Part shown: positions 50,201 to 59,034 of the stretch, piece by piece
How the letters are laid out: each line of letters begins with the position of its first letter
Numbering within the stretch: position 1 is the stretch's first letter
Origin: an uncultured virus (IMG/VR IMGVR_UViG_3300017749_000006)
Lineage: Duplodnaviria; Heunggongvirae; Uroviricota; Caudoviricetes
Virus record (IMG/VR): IMGVR_UViG_3300017749_000006
DNA length: 64,000 bases
Direction: 5' to 3' (one strand)
Translations under genes and position numbers: made by a program
The notes under the pieces: generated by a model
Database searches by the model: none
What the model was told of the DNA's origin: nothing
Seen by the model: only the letters and a program-made list of their open reading frames with translations

Positions 50201-51896
50201 TAGTAAGTAATTCGTTACTTGCACCGTAAAACTTAGCAATATCACCATCTCCGTCTTGTTCTACTCTAAGTATTCCATTAGAATCATCGTTATCTTTGAA
50301 AGAGGCTAGACCTGCGGTAGTTGTAAAACCACCGGCAGTAATAGTGCCTGTTGTGGTATCGTTAGCATCATTCTTTAGGAAAGCATCATCTACATTAAAG
50401 GTAGTACCGGCTAATGAAATATTAGTACCTGCTGAATAGGTTGTGTTAGTATCTGTAGAGGATATTGTAATAGTAGAATCATCGGTTCTTACTACACTTG
50501 TAGCACCAGTACCTACAAACTTTACATCATCTGTGCTTGAATCGCTTCCTGTCAAACGTAGTTTTATACCACTTGAATCTACTACGCTAGTAGTATAAGT
50601 AGTACCTGTACCACCACCTGCACTTGCAGACCATTCAAGACCAAGACTACCATCTCCGTTAGTTTTTATTGCTAATACTTCTCCCGTACTACCTATCGCT
50701 AAAGTACCTAATGCACCGTGATGATTACCATATAAGATAGAATTTTTGTCTACAAAATTTAAGCCCGTACCACCATCGTTAACAGATAGCCTCATAGTAG
50801 TTCCTGTAGTTCTATAAACACCATCACTTATTTGTGAAAAATTCCAATCTCCTTCTACAGTAACAGGTTGTACACAATGTATTTCACTACCACTATCACT
50901 ACCGTAATCCGGCCCATATAATCTACCACCTGCTTTTATATGTAAATGCTCACAAGCAAAAGAAGTATTATCTTCTACAGTTACAAAATTCTTTTCTTCT
51001 ACAGGAGTGCCTATAATCACGTTAGTAAATTTAGATGTAAATTGGTTTTCTACGCCATAAGTTCCTGTAGTTGGAAATTTTAATGTTGTCGTAGTAGAAA
51101 CTAACTCAAAAGTAGATAACCCCATATTAAAAGTATCGGTAGTTAAAGTTAATGTACCCGTTATTTTAAAATGTTTAGATTTATCTAAAAAATTATATCT
51201 TAGTGGTAATACTTTAAATGATGTATCAATATCTAAATTTAACATATCTACACCATAAAAAACATTTGTTCTGTCTTCGTATGGTAATGCTTGTACGTTT
51301 AATATAGCGGTACTACTTGTAGTATGAAAATCCATGTTAGGATATAAACCATTTTCTAACACTAAAGGTATATTTTGTGTAGAAGGTGCAAACAAAAAAG
51401 TAACTCTTGAACGACTAAGAGCAGAATCAAAAATACCGCTAGTCATATTTGTATTAAGTTCACCATCGTTTGTACTGTCTAATTTAATATAAAGGTTATA
51501 TTCACCACTATCTGAAGTAGTAAATTTGGGTGTACCTGCAAATTTAATAGTAGAAGTGTGCGTAGCAAAAATAGTACCACTTTTTTTAATTTCTAATCCC
51601 GCTACAGTTAATAATCCACTACTACCTAATACTATAGTCTTGAGTAAACTAGCGTGATATTCTATTGTTAAACTTTTCCAATTATTAGGGGGAGAACTAT
51701 TAACATTACTCATACTACTATCTATTAGTGCATGACTACTTGCACCGGAAGTAGCGTAATTAAAAACTACATCGTCAGTACCATTTGTTAATCCGTTTAG
51801 ATTAGTAGGGTTAGTAGACCCACCACTTGTTGTTACCCAATTAGAAACAACACCTATATCTGTGCTTGTACCACCTTTCCAATATAATGTAGCCAT
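44229..51896 (-). CDS. Long tail fibre / receptor-binding protein, 2555 aa
   Basis: GIGTTSP repeats, GDVTG repeats, followed by fibre chaperone. Confidence 0.8.
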   Translation of the reverse strand: MATLYWKGGTSTDIGVVSNWVTTSGGSTNPTNLNGLTNGTDDVVFNYATSGASSHALIDSSMSNVNSSPPNNWKSLTIEYHASLLKTIVLGSSGLLTVAGLEIKKSGTIFATHTSTIKFAGTPKFTTSDSGEYNLYIKLDSTNDGELNTNMTSGIFDSALSRSRVTFLFAPSTQNIPLVLENGLYPNMDFHTTSSTAILNVQALPYEDRTNVFYGVDMLNLDIDTSFKVLPLRYNFLDKSKHFKITGTLTLTTDTFNMGLSTFELVSTTTTLKFPTTGTYGVENQFTSKFTNVIIGTPVEEKNFVTVEDNTSFACEHLHIKAGGRLYGPDYGSDSGSEIHCVQPVTVEGDWNFSQISDGVYRTTGTTMRLSVNDGGTGLNFVDKNSILYGNHHGALGTLAIGSTGEVLAIKTNGDGSLGLEWSASAGGGTGTTYTTSVVDSSGIKLRLTGSDSSTDDVKFVGTGATSVVRTDDSTITISSTDTNTTYSAGTNISLAGTTFNVDDAFLKNDANDTTTGTITAGGFTTTAGLASFKDNDDSNGILRVEQDGDGDIAKFYGASNELLTIKKNGSIFWGLASNGASSAEEPMMTYTDTAGTERNFMSVDNGTIVLHNRGPSGDIEIRANSSTVGSSGEVSVADFKHDNIQLKIDTTITKDIDGEFTALTLTNQSDAADTTGTVSVLFNLEDSSGTAVDSAKILVEKKQSFTSTADTQDSRIRWYTSINGTLTEGMNLTGTSLDVEGGLEVKGGSIQLTNNSYITSASAGTLLLNEDIVKTSGDLLVGGNDIKASDGTTAITLSGNDVTISGDLTVNGDTTTVNTATLSVEDPLIILASGNNGADTVDIGFYGLYDTSGSQDLYAGLFRDANDSGKFKLFKDLQAAPTTTVNTSGTGYAVGTLVANLEGNITGNAATTTLASDNGTESHFLTFSDSATGSQALKTDDTLTYIPSSGRLTTNVFVGNLAGDVTGDVTGDVTGNVSGTAATVTTAHQSAITRLADKVGIGGAAHGTAELYLQKDNTSTFPLLKIGNAGTGDAGMFFEAGGTVWSIGVDNSDSDKLKISQDNSNANLHTNTRVSLTTAGVMSVPAGIVADVTGDLTGNADTVTNGVYTTGDQSIAGVKTFTSSPLLKAGLDLVNPNLAGAMGITLQNNDGKFLLYTDEGDLVIKDFLVDTGASTDGTDTTPFTLQSGAATDTFIIKTGGRVDVSGALYAGSFVGDVTGNVSGNAATATKLATARAINGVDFDGSAAITVTAAASTLTGNTLASGVTASSLTSVGTLTALTGGTGDLAWDTDTLFVDSSADRVGIGTTSPQHLMHLKASNATTLLLQKSESGENYPRASVASTVNVYTADVDGATSVGATSISINGSGAANFASSGRAELRSTQDSFTYTGKTDDGGGDYTLTGIPSSGDDSIQIAIDDNAIIINHPTTFNVDGAQGTFASSGTYYVHRTNDSFTADFSSNTFTNVVGLRESLFDGDIIDSDDPKTGIIAFMANDQSGSGGRVSGSISHVARSGYGAYRLDFGVGSYLAKDPYYQANEFNYEVETKTRMSILDDGKVGIGTTTPSVNLHVAGTDDQRIRVQDTTDNYSVTMSGKSNGSFLFFGDQDSSEDSFMTLGAFGGINNLDTESRDFHLYGTNTTTGFYFDESAGKFGIGTTSPDYTLDVAGSIGVDDYIYHNGDTNTYILMQDDDLRIVVGNDLAFHYDESGTSVLHLSYNGEADVNIGNGDFFFGGSQGSYDGKMGIGTTSPDALLHVSSGTSGSAGIIIEADTDNSDEADLPFLWMKQDGDITGHAVQATSNKLQIINNISTSGGIQFLTGTTNNTGTTNPATSASVRLHIEPAGNIGIGTTSPQNKLHVDNGTLQIGLNTDSFYTKLGNNALTFNRAGASYIDQATDNGDIRFRMNAASDDLLMLDGSTMRVGIGTTDPDAKLHVEGSVLIDAYEAGAGAGLYFREGHLNTNQPSITVQDHSGANPDGLAISAYDGISFRLNAVEKARFDSSGNLGIGTNSPSSKLDVVGTIECTGLKLQDGTLDYGTGKQQSTDLAVGWYTVAYVAGRDALGNVGAQRAFAEFLINDNRSSRHGTVRFNATHFFGAGESIQALAYNFYSTPTFTKLRIKSSSTFSGAVLQVYVSNASNDLESYMTMTEHTNSWLLLDTWLADTESANAYDLIIGYSTDSWTNFAVVEELDLSVFNANSQGGIYTTGGLKAEEIRNGKAGTNSYIYLSPDTDNSFILASSSGTDVTLAADDDLVLHADDDIFFQAGGATKMTLLNDGQLDFADGGSIQLANGTGASPATDHVRLSEEADALRIDTEHGYIRVGPLNSTYMHFITDRGLYYFNKEIVVDNGVIGSHNEDLYLKRARSSDEQILIQDNSMTFTSAGLDVMHIDGTSGSIQSAPHNLNTCVPYVFNRSDMGTGAVNLKAVSNDYPSTQNQWGFIMPKSGRIKYITLNTRNQAVTSSNVQTWKINNNNDNTTSGEFFEFTAGKGLTKDDTGVSGSAAMDLAVAPHSTTIYRGSMVVNHTFDALDEIRIQRITANSVDMGDTVGVIYVEFD

Positions 51897-51906
51897 ACTC
51901 TAACCC

Positions 51907-52341
51907 CTATTCATTATAAGAGTATAGATTTCCACTTAGTTTACTTGATGTAGTACCACCTACCCTTGTTGCAGTAGACTTTACTACAAAGGCAGTAGCC
52001 CCTTTCTCCTCTATCGCTCTTAATGCTTCGCCGGCAGATTTCTCAAAAGATGATAATTGCTTGGCGAATCTTATATCCATAGTACCTTTTTCTTTTTCCG
52101 GTACTACGGCATGTACTGTATCTACTAATACACGTAGACAATCTACGCATACTAAGAATTTAATTGCTGACTCTTTAAGAGTATCTGTAGGTGCATTAGT
52201 AGTAACTCCTACATAACCTGTCATACGTGCTTTCTTTGTAACTTCAGCAGTACGAATAGTAATGTATTCTGTGATTGTACCTTCATTCAAACCTCTTGGT
52301 CTGTTAAGTAAATCTCTAATTTGACTTGTCGTTACTGCCAC
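51907..52341 (-). CDS. Head completion/connector protein
   Basis: MAVTTSQIRDLL..., synteny after capsid genes; start adjusted to GTG. Confidence 0.55.
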   Translation of the reverse strand: MAVTTSQIRDLLNRPRGLNEGTITEYITIRTAEVTKKARMTGYVGVTTNAPTDTLKESAIKFLVCVDCLRVLVDTVHAVVPEKEKGTMDIRFAKQLSSFEKSAGEALRAIEEKGATAFVVKSTATRVGGTTSSKLSGNLYSYNE

Positions 52342-52681
52342 GTTGCCACCTACTATCGTAATCCGATGGTACATCAAAGACAATAGCGTCTTTTGAAGGT
52401 TTGGTAGTTCTTCCTAACACTAATAGAATTTTAGAAGAAATCATATCTTCTGCCATTTGACTATCGGGCAACCAATATAAAATTGATTTATTTTCTAGTA
52501 GTGATATAGGGTGATTATCAAACTTAGCATTTGGATTTCTTAAAAGTCTAACGCGGTATCCTTCGTTACTACGCCAATATTTAAGTCTGTGAGATAAGTC
52601 TTTAATACTTGCTGACGCAGGTATATCTATTCCTAGTTTTCGTAACTCCTTTGTCAAGGAGGCTTTGGAAGGTGTCGCCAT
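52316..52681 (-). CDS. Protein with N-terminal HeH/LEM-like motif
   Basis: PSKASLTKELRKLGIDIPASASIKDL. Confidence 0.55.
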   Translation of the reverse strand: MATPSKASLTKELRKLGIDIPASASIKDLSHRLKYWRSNEGYRVRLLRNPNAKFDNHPISLLENKSILYWLPDSQMAEDMISSKILLVLGRTTKPSKDAIVFDVPSDYDSRWQRGSNDKSN

Positions 52682-52686
52682 ACTTC

Positions 52687-52830
52687 TCACTTCTTTGCTT
52701 TCTTAGCCGCTTTCTTTTTAGGTGCGGCTTTTTTAGGAACTATTTTAGGTTTAACTAAACGTCTTAATGTTCTTCTACCAATTTTTTCTAATTCCCAAAG
52801 ACCATCTTCATCTTCTTCAAATGTGTTCAC
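52687..52830 (-). CDS. Microprotein with H1-like tail, 47 aa
   Basis: Hand-translated ...PKKAAPKKKAAKKAKK; GAGGTG SD. Confidence 0.6.
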   Translation of the reverse strand: MNTFEEDEDGLWELEKIGRRTLRRLVKPKIVPKKAAPKKKAAKKAKK

Positions 52831-52840
52831 TTAAAACACC

Positions 52841-53263
52841 TCAAAGATGATAGTAGCCTGTAATATATACTTGACATACAGGTATATCGTTGTCACCATG
52901 TACTGTAGGAGAAATTCTTAATTTTCCACCCGCAGGTATTTCATTAGAATCGTGGTCAATTGTAGCGGCTCTAAGAACTGCTTTGTCAGCACCGTCACCA
53001 ACGGCTATAGCATCTGTTATAGCAGTACCAGTATTTTTAACTGTCATTTTATTAGCGGCGTTTCCACCATCGGCTTCAAGTATAACATGAACATCCATAA
53101 CTGTAAATTTTCTTTCCATAGTTAAATCTACGTCTGCACCTGCCGCTCCCGCCAAAGTATTGACTCTAAGCACAACAGGTATGAATCCGAAGTCTTCTCC
53201 GTCATCCATAGCCCTAACTAGGCGACCGTCCATTATTCCTTGTAATTTTCTGTTAAGAGGCAT
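52841..53263 (-). CDS. Probable capsid decoration / minor structural protein
   Basis: Directly after the major capsid gene; beta-rich. Confidence 0.5.
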   Translation of the reverse strand: MPLNRKLQGIMDGRLVRAMDDGEDFGFIPVVLRVNTLAGAAGADVDLTMERKFTVMDVHVILEADGGNAANKMTVKNTGTAITDAIAVGDGADKAVLRAATIDHDSNEIPAGGKLRISPTVHGDNDIPVCQVYITGYYHL

Positions 53264-53277
53264 CTATTTTACCCCCC

Positions 53278-54204
53278 TTAAGCCCTTACGCCTGTTAGTT
53301 TAGCAATTCTATCGTTTTTACCCGAACCTGCGCTTTGAGTATCTTGCATTTCGTGAATAACGCTTCCCATGTAGGAAGTTAATAACCAATCATATCCTAG
53401 ACCGGGAATCCTTGTCAATTCTGTCTCTACGAATCCTTCTCCATTGTATGTAAAGAATTCAGCAGTTTCAGCACCGGGAATAAGTAACAAAGCATCGTTA
53501 CCTAGAGCCGCAGAAGTATGACCTCCTGTGTGGTCGCGTGTATAGTAAACTGATAAGTTTGCTATTCTTCCCATGTGGTCGCCTAATGACTCAACTACGT
53601 TTCCGAAAAGTTGTGTGTTTAGCATTGAACTTCTTTTATCAGAAGGAAGGACTAGAGCCATTGGCTCGTTACCGGAAACTCTAGCGTTCAAGAAAATCTT
53701 GTCCATAAGTCCTAGTAAGTCTCCTTCTTCATCTGCACCTGCACTACCGAATGTTGCGGCGGCGGCACTTGATTGTCCGAATCCTGCCATAAGGTCAGTT
53801 AGGATTTTGTTGTCTATTGCATCTGCTCTAGCACGAACTATTCCTAATTGTTGCCTGTCAATGTTTTCCCATGATTCACCACGTAGACGTACTGCATCTA
53901 GGAAAGTAACTCGACCTTGACCTTTTTCTAATTTTGTTGTGTAGTTTACTGTACCAACTTTGGTTGGGTCAGCCAATGCTACATCATCTAGTGGATAAGA
54001 GAAACTTCCTCCTACTCCTGTGTACCACTTAAATTCCAACCAAGGAACTGAGCGTACACCAACAAGGTCTGTTGCTATTGCTATTGTGTTAGATTGTAAT
54101 TGGATAAAGTCTCTTAGAGTTTGCTCTAAGACCGCATCTCCTACTGAGAAAGGCCCATCAGCCGCTTCTACGTTTAATATTTGTTCTAATGTATTGTTAG
54201 CCAT
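53278..54204 (-). CDS. Major capsid protein (HK97 fold)
   Basis: ~308 aa, after protease and decoration genes; backbone helix ARADAIDNKIL; ATGA coupling gives start 54204. Confidence 0.8.
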   Translation of the reverse strand: MANNTLEQILNVEAADGPFSVGDAVLEQTLRDFIQLQSNTIAIATDLVGVRSVPWLEFKWYTGVGGSFSYPLDDVALADPTKVGTVNYTTKLEKGQGRVTFLDAVRLRGESWENIDRQQLGIVRARADAIDNKILTDLMAGFGQSSAAAATFGSAGADEEGDLLGLMDKIFLNARVSGNEPMALVLPSDKRSSMLNTQLFGNVVESLGDHMGRIANLSVYYTRDHTGGHTSAALGNDALLLIPGAETAEFFTYNGEGFVETELTRIPGLGYDWLLTSYMGSVIHEMQDTQSAGSGKNDRIAKLTGVRA

Positions 54205-54617
54205 CAAACACCAACTCCTATACAAGCCATAGGTACTAAATCACCTGCGGCAATCTCAACTCCGTGAGAGAAAAGATGACCTATCTGTTTTGCACTTCCG
54301 CTTGAAGAAGAAGACACATGACCGTCAGTCGCGCCGTTGTAGAGTGGTATTCCGAAGTCTGCATTTGCGGCGGCGATTGCCTCACACTTAACGTAGACTA
54401 TTCCCGACATTGGGTAAACTGCTACTGTTCCACCTGCGTTTTCTAAAGCACCTGCCGCATCTCTTGAAGATTCAGCCGCGCTAACTGCACATGGTTGATG
54501 CTGAACATTTGCGCAGACTATAAGCCCGCTTCCACTTGTCTGTAGTAAAAGTCCTTGTGAAGTAACTCCCCCGCTTACTGCGTGTATCGCATTTCTTGTT
54601 TCGTTTAGTGCCGCCAT
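54204..54617 (-). CDS. Head decoration/cement protein
   Basis: Gly/Ala-rich 137 aa between protease and capsid genes. Confidence 0.6.
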   Translation of the reverse strand: MAALNETRNAIHAVSGGVTSQGLLLQTSGSGLIVCANVQHQPCAVSAAESSRDAAGALENAGGTVAVYPMSGIVYVKCEAIAAANADFGIPLYNGATDGHVSSSSSGSAKQIGHLFSHGVEIAAGDLVPMACIGVGV

Positions 54618-54619
54618 AT

Positions 54620-56545
54620 TTAATTCATCTCCTTTATTTCATTGTATTTTGGTGCTTTCATAGCACTTCTCTCATCTATAGAAAGAGTACCATTCCAAGC
54701 GTTTGCCCATGCGTTCCAACATCGGGAATATAATTCTTCATCAGATTCTACCATTTTACCGTTAAGGTAGTTGGCTACTACTGATGTAGATTTTGTAGGT
54801 GTTTCAGAAGCCACTACGGGTTCTGATTTTACCTCATCCATAACTTTCGGTTCTTCAACCGGATGGGATGCTTCCCAACTTGCTATCAATGTAGTTAATG
54901 TGTCTGCCTTCAAGTCATCATGACCGGACATTCCCATCTCAGATGCTTTAGATACTAAAGCAATTCTTTCGTCTTCAATTCTTTGTGATTCTATTGCCTC
55001 AAATTCGTTGACACGACTGTTAGCCATAACTAAGTCAGCCTTCAACGCCTCGATTTCTGCGGCGTAATCAATTTCTGTATTTTCTGTTTCTTCTGTCATA
55101 GCCTTCACCTTTTCTGCTTCGCTGACTGTCTCACGGTCTGAATGACTTATAACACTTGCTACTATTTCTTCCGGTTTTTCTATTCTTTTAACAGAATCAA
55201 TAGTTGCTCTAGGATAAGCCGGCCTATATACAATCGCCAAATGGTCGAATGTAAAATCTTCTCCGAAGACTATGCCATCTTCACTAGCAGATACAGGAAT
55301 GCCCGACCCGCCAATGCTAACACCGTAATCGTCTTGCGACCACAGACCGGACTCTAAAGATGGGAATAATTCATTTCTTGTAACATGTGCTACATATCTT
55401 ACTTCATAACCGCCACCTATAGTAGCATGATAAGAAGCAGTAATAATCTTACCTACGTTTGCTTCGTCTACGCCGCCATCTGTATTGCGTGTAAATCCTG
55501 CACCCTTTTCATTTGCTTCGGGATGATTAAGTGTAACATCTGCACCTTTCATTTGATGTATTAGGTTTCTAGCACCTTCGGGTGTTAATGACCATTTGTT
55601 TTTATTCATACCTTCATGGAAAGCGACACCTCTAATTTCTATAACTGTTTCTCCTGTAGATGCTTCTACTATAGCAGATACTTCACCAATATCTAAATCT
55701 ATTGTTACTGCTATCTTTTTACATTCTCCGTCAATTAGTTCTTCGCCTATACCACATTCAGAAGCGTATTTCTTTTTCTTTTTATTGTGATAAGAAGCAT
55801 CATGGTCTTCTTCATCATGTGGTTCTTCTTGGTCTTTAAATGTATGACCTTCGTGTGCTTTCATACATTCATCTTCTGAATATCCTGCCGCTTGACATCG
55901 TGACATATATTCGTCATGAGTCTCACTAGATTTTGGTTTTGGTTCTGCCGCTTGTTTTAAAGCCTTGTCCATTGTTGGTTTTTTCATCTTGGCTTCCATA
56001 CACTCACCTTCTTCGGCGCATTTTGCTTGTGCCATACAAGAAGCACAAACATCGTAATCCGCTTCTGCTTTTTTCTTTATAGGAATGCAATTAGGAACTT
56101 TACGTCCATTTTTCATTTTCATACCGTATTGTTCATAGCCGGAAGTACATGGGTCATCTGCGTCTTTTGCTTCTACATCTTCTTCGCATCCACAACCACA
56201 TGGCGCTTCTGCTTCTACTTTCTTTGTACCTCTCCATTGTCGGCAAGACCAATATCTTGCTTTCCACTTTGGGCCGGGAGTGTCACACTTATGACGAGAA
56301 CGGAATGATTTTCTTCTAGAAGGGTCATCTCTTTTGATTTCCATGTTAGGGTCGCCAAATCTTACTATGACTACTTTACCGCTACCATTTTTTGTATATA
56401 CTCCAAATTTTTTAGATTCTCCTTTTGTTCTGAAAGGTTTATTGAGTGTTACTTTACGACCTTGATATTCTGCGGCAGATACATTTTCTTCTTCCCAATC
56501 TTCATAGGCTATTACTTCACCACTACAACCGCATCCGCAAGACAT
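54620..56545 (-). CDS. Prohead protease/scaffold with N-terminal accessory modules
   Basis: GVAFH.G.NKN.W, LNH, VSIGG, HLAIV..PAY; coiled-coil C-terminus; start inferred from TATA spacing. Confidence 0.8.
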   Translation of the reverse strand: MSCGCGCSGEVIAYEDWEEENVSAAEYQGRKVTLNKPFRTKGESKKFGVYTKNGSGKVVIVRFGDPNMEIKRDDPSRRKSFRSRHKCDTPGPKWKARYWSCRQWRGTKKVEAEAPCGCGCEEDVEAKDADDPCTSGYEQYGMKMKNGRKVPNCIPIKKKAEADYDVCASCMAQAKCAEEGECMEAKMKKPTMDKALKQAAEPKPKSSETHDEYMSRCQAAGYSEDECMKAHEGHTFKDQEEPHDEEDHDASYHNKKKKKYASECGIGEELIDGECKKIAVTIDLDIGEVSAIVEASTGETVIEIRGVAFHEGMNKNKWSLTPEGARNLIHQMKGADVTLNHPEANEKGAGFTRNTDGGVDEANVGKIITASYHATIGGGYEVRYVAHVTRNELFPSLESGLWSQDDYGVSIGGSGIPVSASEDGIVFGEDFTFDHLAIVYRPAYPRATIDSVKRIEKPEEIVASVISHSDRETVSEAEKVKAMTEETENTEIDYAAEIEALKADLVMANSRVNEFEAIESQRIEDERIALVSKASEMGMSGHDDLKADTLTTLIASWEASHPVEEPKVMDEVKSEPVVASETPTKSTSVVANYLNGKMVESDEELYSRCWNAWANAWNGTLSIDERSAMKAPKYNEIKEMN

Positions 56546-56683
56546 GAACTGTTCAGACATTTGGTGTTTTATTAAGTTATCTTTTTTTCCACCATAAGAT
56601 AATTTCATCATATATTATAATAGGAAAGTAAACTATAAGTAAAGCAAAAACTCCTAGACATAGAGTAAAATAGTCTTTATATG

Positions 56684-56926
56684 TTAGGATTGTAACCACT
56701 CCCAAAACTGCCAAAGTATTGCTAATAAAGAGGCTAAACTAATTAAAAGCATACGCACATTACCTACAAGGCTATCTAAGTCTTCCACGCAACTATCAAG
56801 TTCTTGGATGACGTTTTCTTCTTCATCGTTGTCACTATTCACACATATACATGGTCGGAGTGTCTTAGAAATATTACTTTTTCTTACCCGTTTTACCGTT
56901 AGTTTCATCGAAGTCTGCGTACTCAA
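56684..56926 (-). CDS. Small coiled-coil plus C-terminal TM protein
   Basis: ORF track; start uncertain. Confidence 0.45.
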   Translation of the reverse strand: MSTQTSMKLTVKRVRKSNISKTLRPCICVNSDNDEEENVIQELDSCVEDLDSLVGNVRMLLISLASLLAILWQFWEWLQS

Positions 56927-57329
56927 GCGCCCTGTCGCCTATTTTAGCGGTTGTATTAAACTCATCCATAGCCAATTCGTGCTTTTGTTTTAATGCTTCC
57001 ATATTTAAGTCGTGTTTAATTTTATGTTCTTCTAACATTCTTACATGAGACTTTTCTGCTTCTGTAGCATTTACACCTGCCTGTAGTTCTTCCGGTAGTA
57101 TGTTAATCTTAGCAGTTTCTTTACCCTTGAATAAATCTAGTACGTTTGTTATAATCAAAAGTGCCGGCCCACCAAGTAGACCTATTACCGTTAATTGTGA
57201 ATCTGATATATCTCTTTGTTCTACTATGCTAAAGTATGATGCAGTAGCGGCTATGACTACCCAAGCCATAACTACTCCTAAACCAAACACTAGCATTAAC
57301 TTATCGTTAGGGCCGCTAGTTTGTGACAT
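56874..57329 (-). CDS. Two-TM membrane protein
   Basis: Two hydrophobic helices; ATG 30 nt after TTGATAAA. Confidence 0.65.
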   Translation of the reverse strand: MSQTSGPNDKLMLVFGLGVVMAWVVIAATASYFSIVEQRDISDSQLTVIGLLGGPALLIITNVLDLFKGKETAKINILPEELQAGVNATEAEKSHVRMLEEHKIKHDLNMEALKQKHELAMDEFNTTAKIGDRALEYADFDETNGKTGKKK

Positions 57330-57355
57330 GATTAATAAATGTAGTGGATGATTTA

Positions 57356-58741
57356 TCAATCTTGTGCAACATCGGATGCACCGTCTTGGCTATTTTCTCT
57401 AGGAAGGTTTGTGGGTTTAGGTGCTTCTATATTTTTTCTTTCATCTCCATCTTTAGCGGGAGGTAGATTTAGCATATCTAAACTTTGATTTAATGTTAGA
57501 AGACCCGCTTCATACCCCATAGTTACTCTCTGCATAACATTTAGTGGGGTAGCACTATCCATTGTATCAAATTCTATTTTAGGTAAATCTGCTTTTTTAT
57601 GTTCTATACCAAGTAAAGTAAGATGTAAAGAAAATAATTGAGCGCAAGTTTGTTCTAAAACTCGGTGCATACGGCTAATTGCTTGTACGGCCCACATATT
57701 AGCGTTAAATGTTGCCGCAAACGTAGAACCTTTTTCTTGACCGGATGCTACTCTTGGAACTTGTAGAACTGCGGCAATATCAGCATTGATACTATCTAAA
57801 AAGTCACTACTATTAGGAAGTGCATTTTCTAAATCAACGTGATGTATTTGTACATAATGAGGAAGTACAGGCATTTGGTCGCCTCTTAACCCTTCAAACA
57901 AAGATATAACTTCTGACATAATATTCTGTAAACGGTCATGTTGTTCAGCAGGGTCTATTATATGCTCTATAGCAGATTTATCAATAGTAATATATTGTTT
58001 AGTCATACTGTCTTCAAGAGCAATACGATTATTCATAGAGTTATACTTCATACGAATTGCTTGCTTAAGAGCAGAAAAACGGGAAGCACCCCATACCCCA
58101 AAAGTGTGACGACCCTTATTATCTACAAACCAATTACTTCTATAGTCTACTTTAATATGTAATATCTCATCTACAGATATTGCTTTTTCATATGGACTTG
58201 CCTCACGTAACATATATGTAACAGGCTCTATGACAGGGTTTTCTCGGTTTGCTACAAAGTAAGAGCCTAGTCCGCCTCTACTATCTACTATATTTATTTG
58301 TACTATAGGTAAATTTTGCAGTTTAGTTATACCTACTCCTGCTTTTCCTACTATCTTATTAATATCATTACCGTATACCATAAGGTTTCTCATAGCATTA
58401 ATCATAATGTCATCAAAATCAAGAGTTTCATCTACTAAGTCTTTTATAGCATTTCTAATAGCGCCATTTTTAGCCTTGTCATAATTAATTTCAAAATTGT
58501 TGGCAGTTAATGATACTGCACGTACCGCACCATTAAGTTCGGGGTCAAGTTTTAGCATAAGGTCATACATGTCAAATTCGTTATCATAATTACTATCTTT
58601 ATTCAATCTTTCCGTATCACGAACTAAATCGGGTATGCCCGCTACCATCTTTAAACTTTTATTTGATGGTACTCTTGTGGCTTTGGCCGGCACTTCTTTA
58701 TTTCTGCCGAACATTCTATCCACTAAACTCCTCTCCGCCAT
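57356..58741 (-). CDS. Portal protein
   Basis: 461 aa; D...NGAV, LMVYGN, EILHI, WG.S, I.AVL.VP; first gene of the head module. Confidence 0.85.
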   Translation of the reverse strand: MAERSLVDRMFGRNKEVPAKATRVPSNKSLKMVAGIPDLVRDTERLNKDSNYDNEFDMYDLMLKLDPELNGAVRAVSLTANNFEINYDKAKNGAIRNAIKDLVDETLDFDDIMINAMRNLMVYGNDINKIVGKAGVGITKLQNLPIVQINIVDSRGGLGSYFVANRENPVIEPVTYMLREASPYEKAISVDEILHIKVDYRSNWFVDNKGRHTFGVWGASRFSALKQAIRMKYNSMNNRIALEDSMTKQYITIDKSAIEHIIDPAEQHDRLQNIMSEVISLFEGLRGDQMPVLPHYVQIHHVDLENALPNSSDFLDSINADIAAVLQVPRVASGQEKGSTFAATFNANMWAVQAISRMHRVLEQTCAQLFSLHLTLLGIEHKKADLPKIEFDTMDSATPLNVMQRVTMGYEAGLLTLNQSLDMLNLPPAKDGDERKNIEAPKPTNLPRENSQDGASDVAQD

Positions 58742-58821
58742 AGTATTAAAACATATAGGTGTTCCATAAACCTTTCTGTTTATTCTTTTTGTTGTTTTTT
58801 CGTTTTTTAAAAAGAATTAAT

Positions 58822-58944
58822 CGTTATACTGCGCCTTTTTTCGTTAATTCTTTTATTTCTTCTATTATGTTTGAAAATTTTAAAGGGGGGTTTCTAAAAA
58901 ATACTATTGAATTAATTAAAGAATTAATATAATCGTTATACTGC
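58822..58944 (-). other. AT-rich origin-like element B (inverted homolog of 9889-10008)
   Basis: Two GCAGTATAACG boxes on the minus strand; blocks of 28/29 and 19/19 identity to element A. Confidence 0.6.
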
Positions 58945-59034
58945 GTAGTATTAATTCTTTTTGTGGTATAAAAATCTACAAAATTAATTCATGAAAACAC
59001 AATGTTTATAGGGAATGGGTGCTTGGTTTATTGC

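Noticed and set aside
27385..58162. Plus-strand ORFs within the virion module (e.g. 35308-36066, 43178-43675, 47974-48714)
   Set aside because: Antisense shadows of long minus-strand genes
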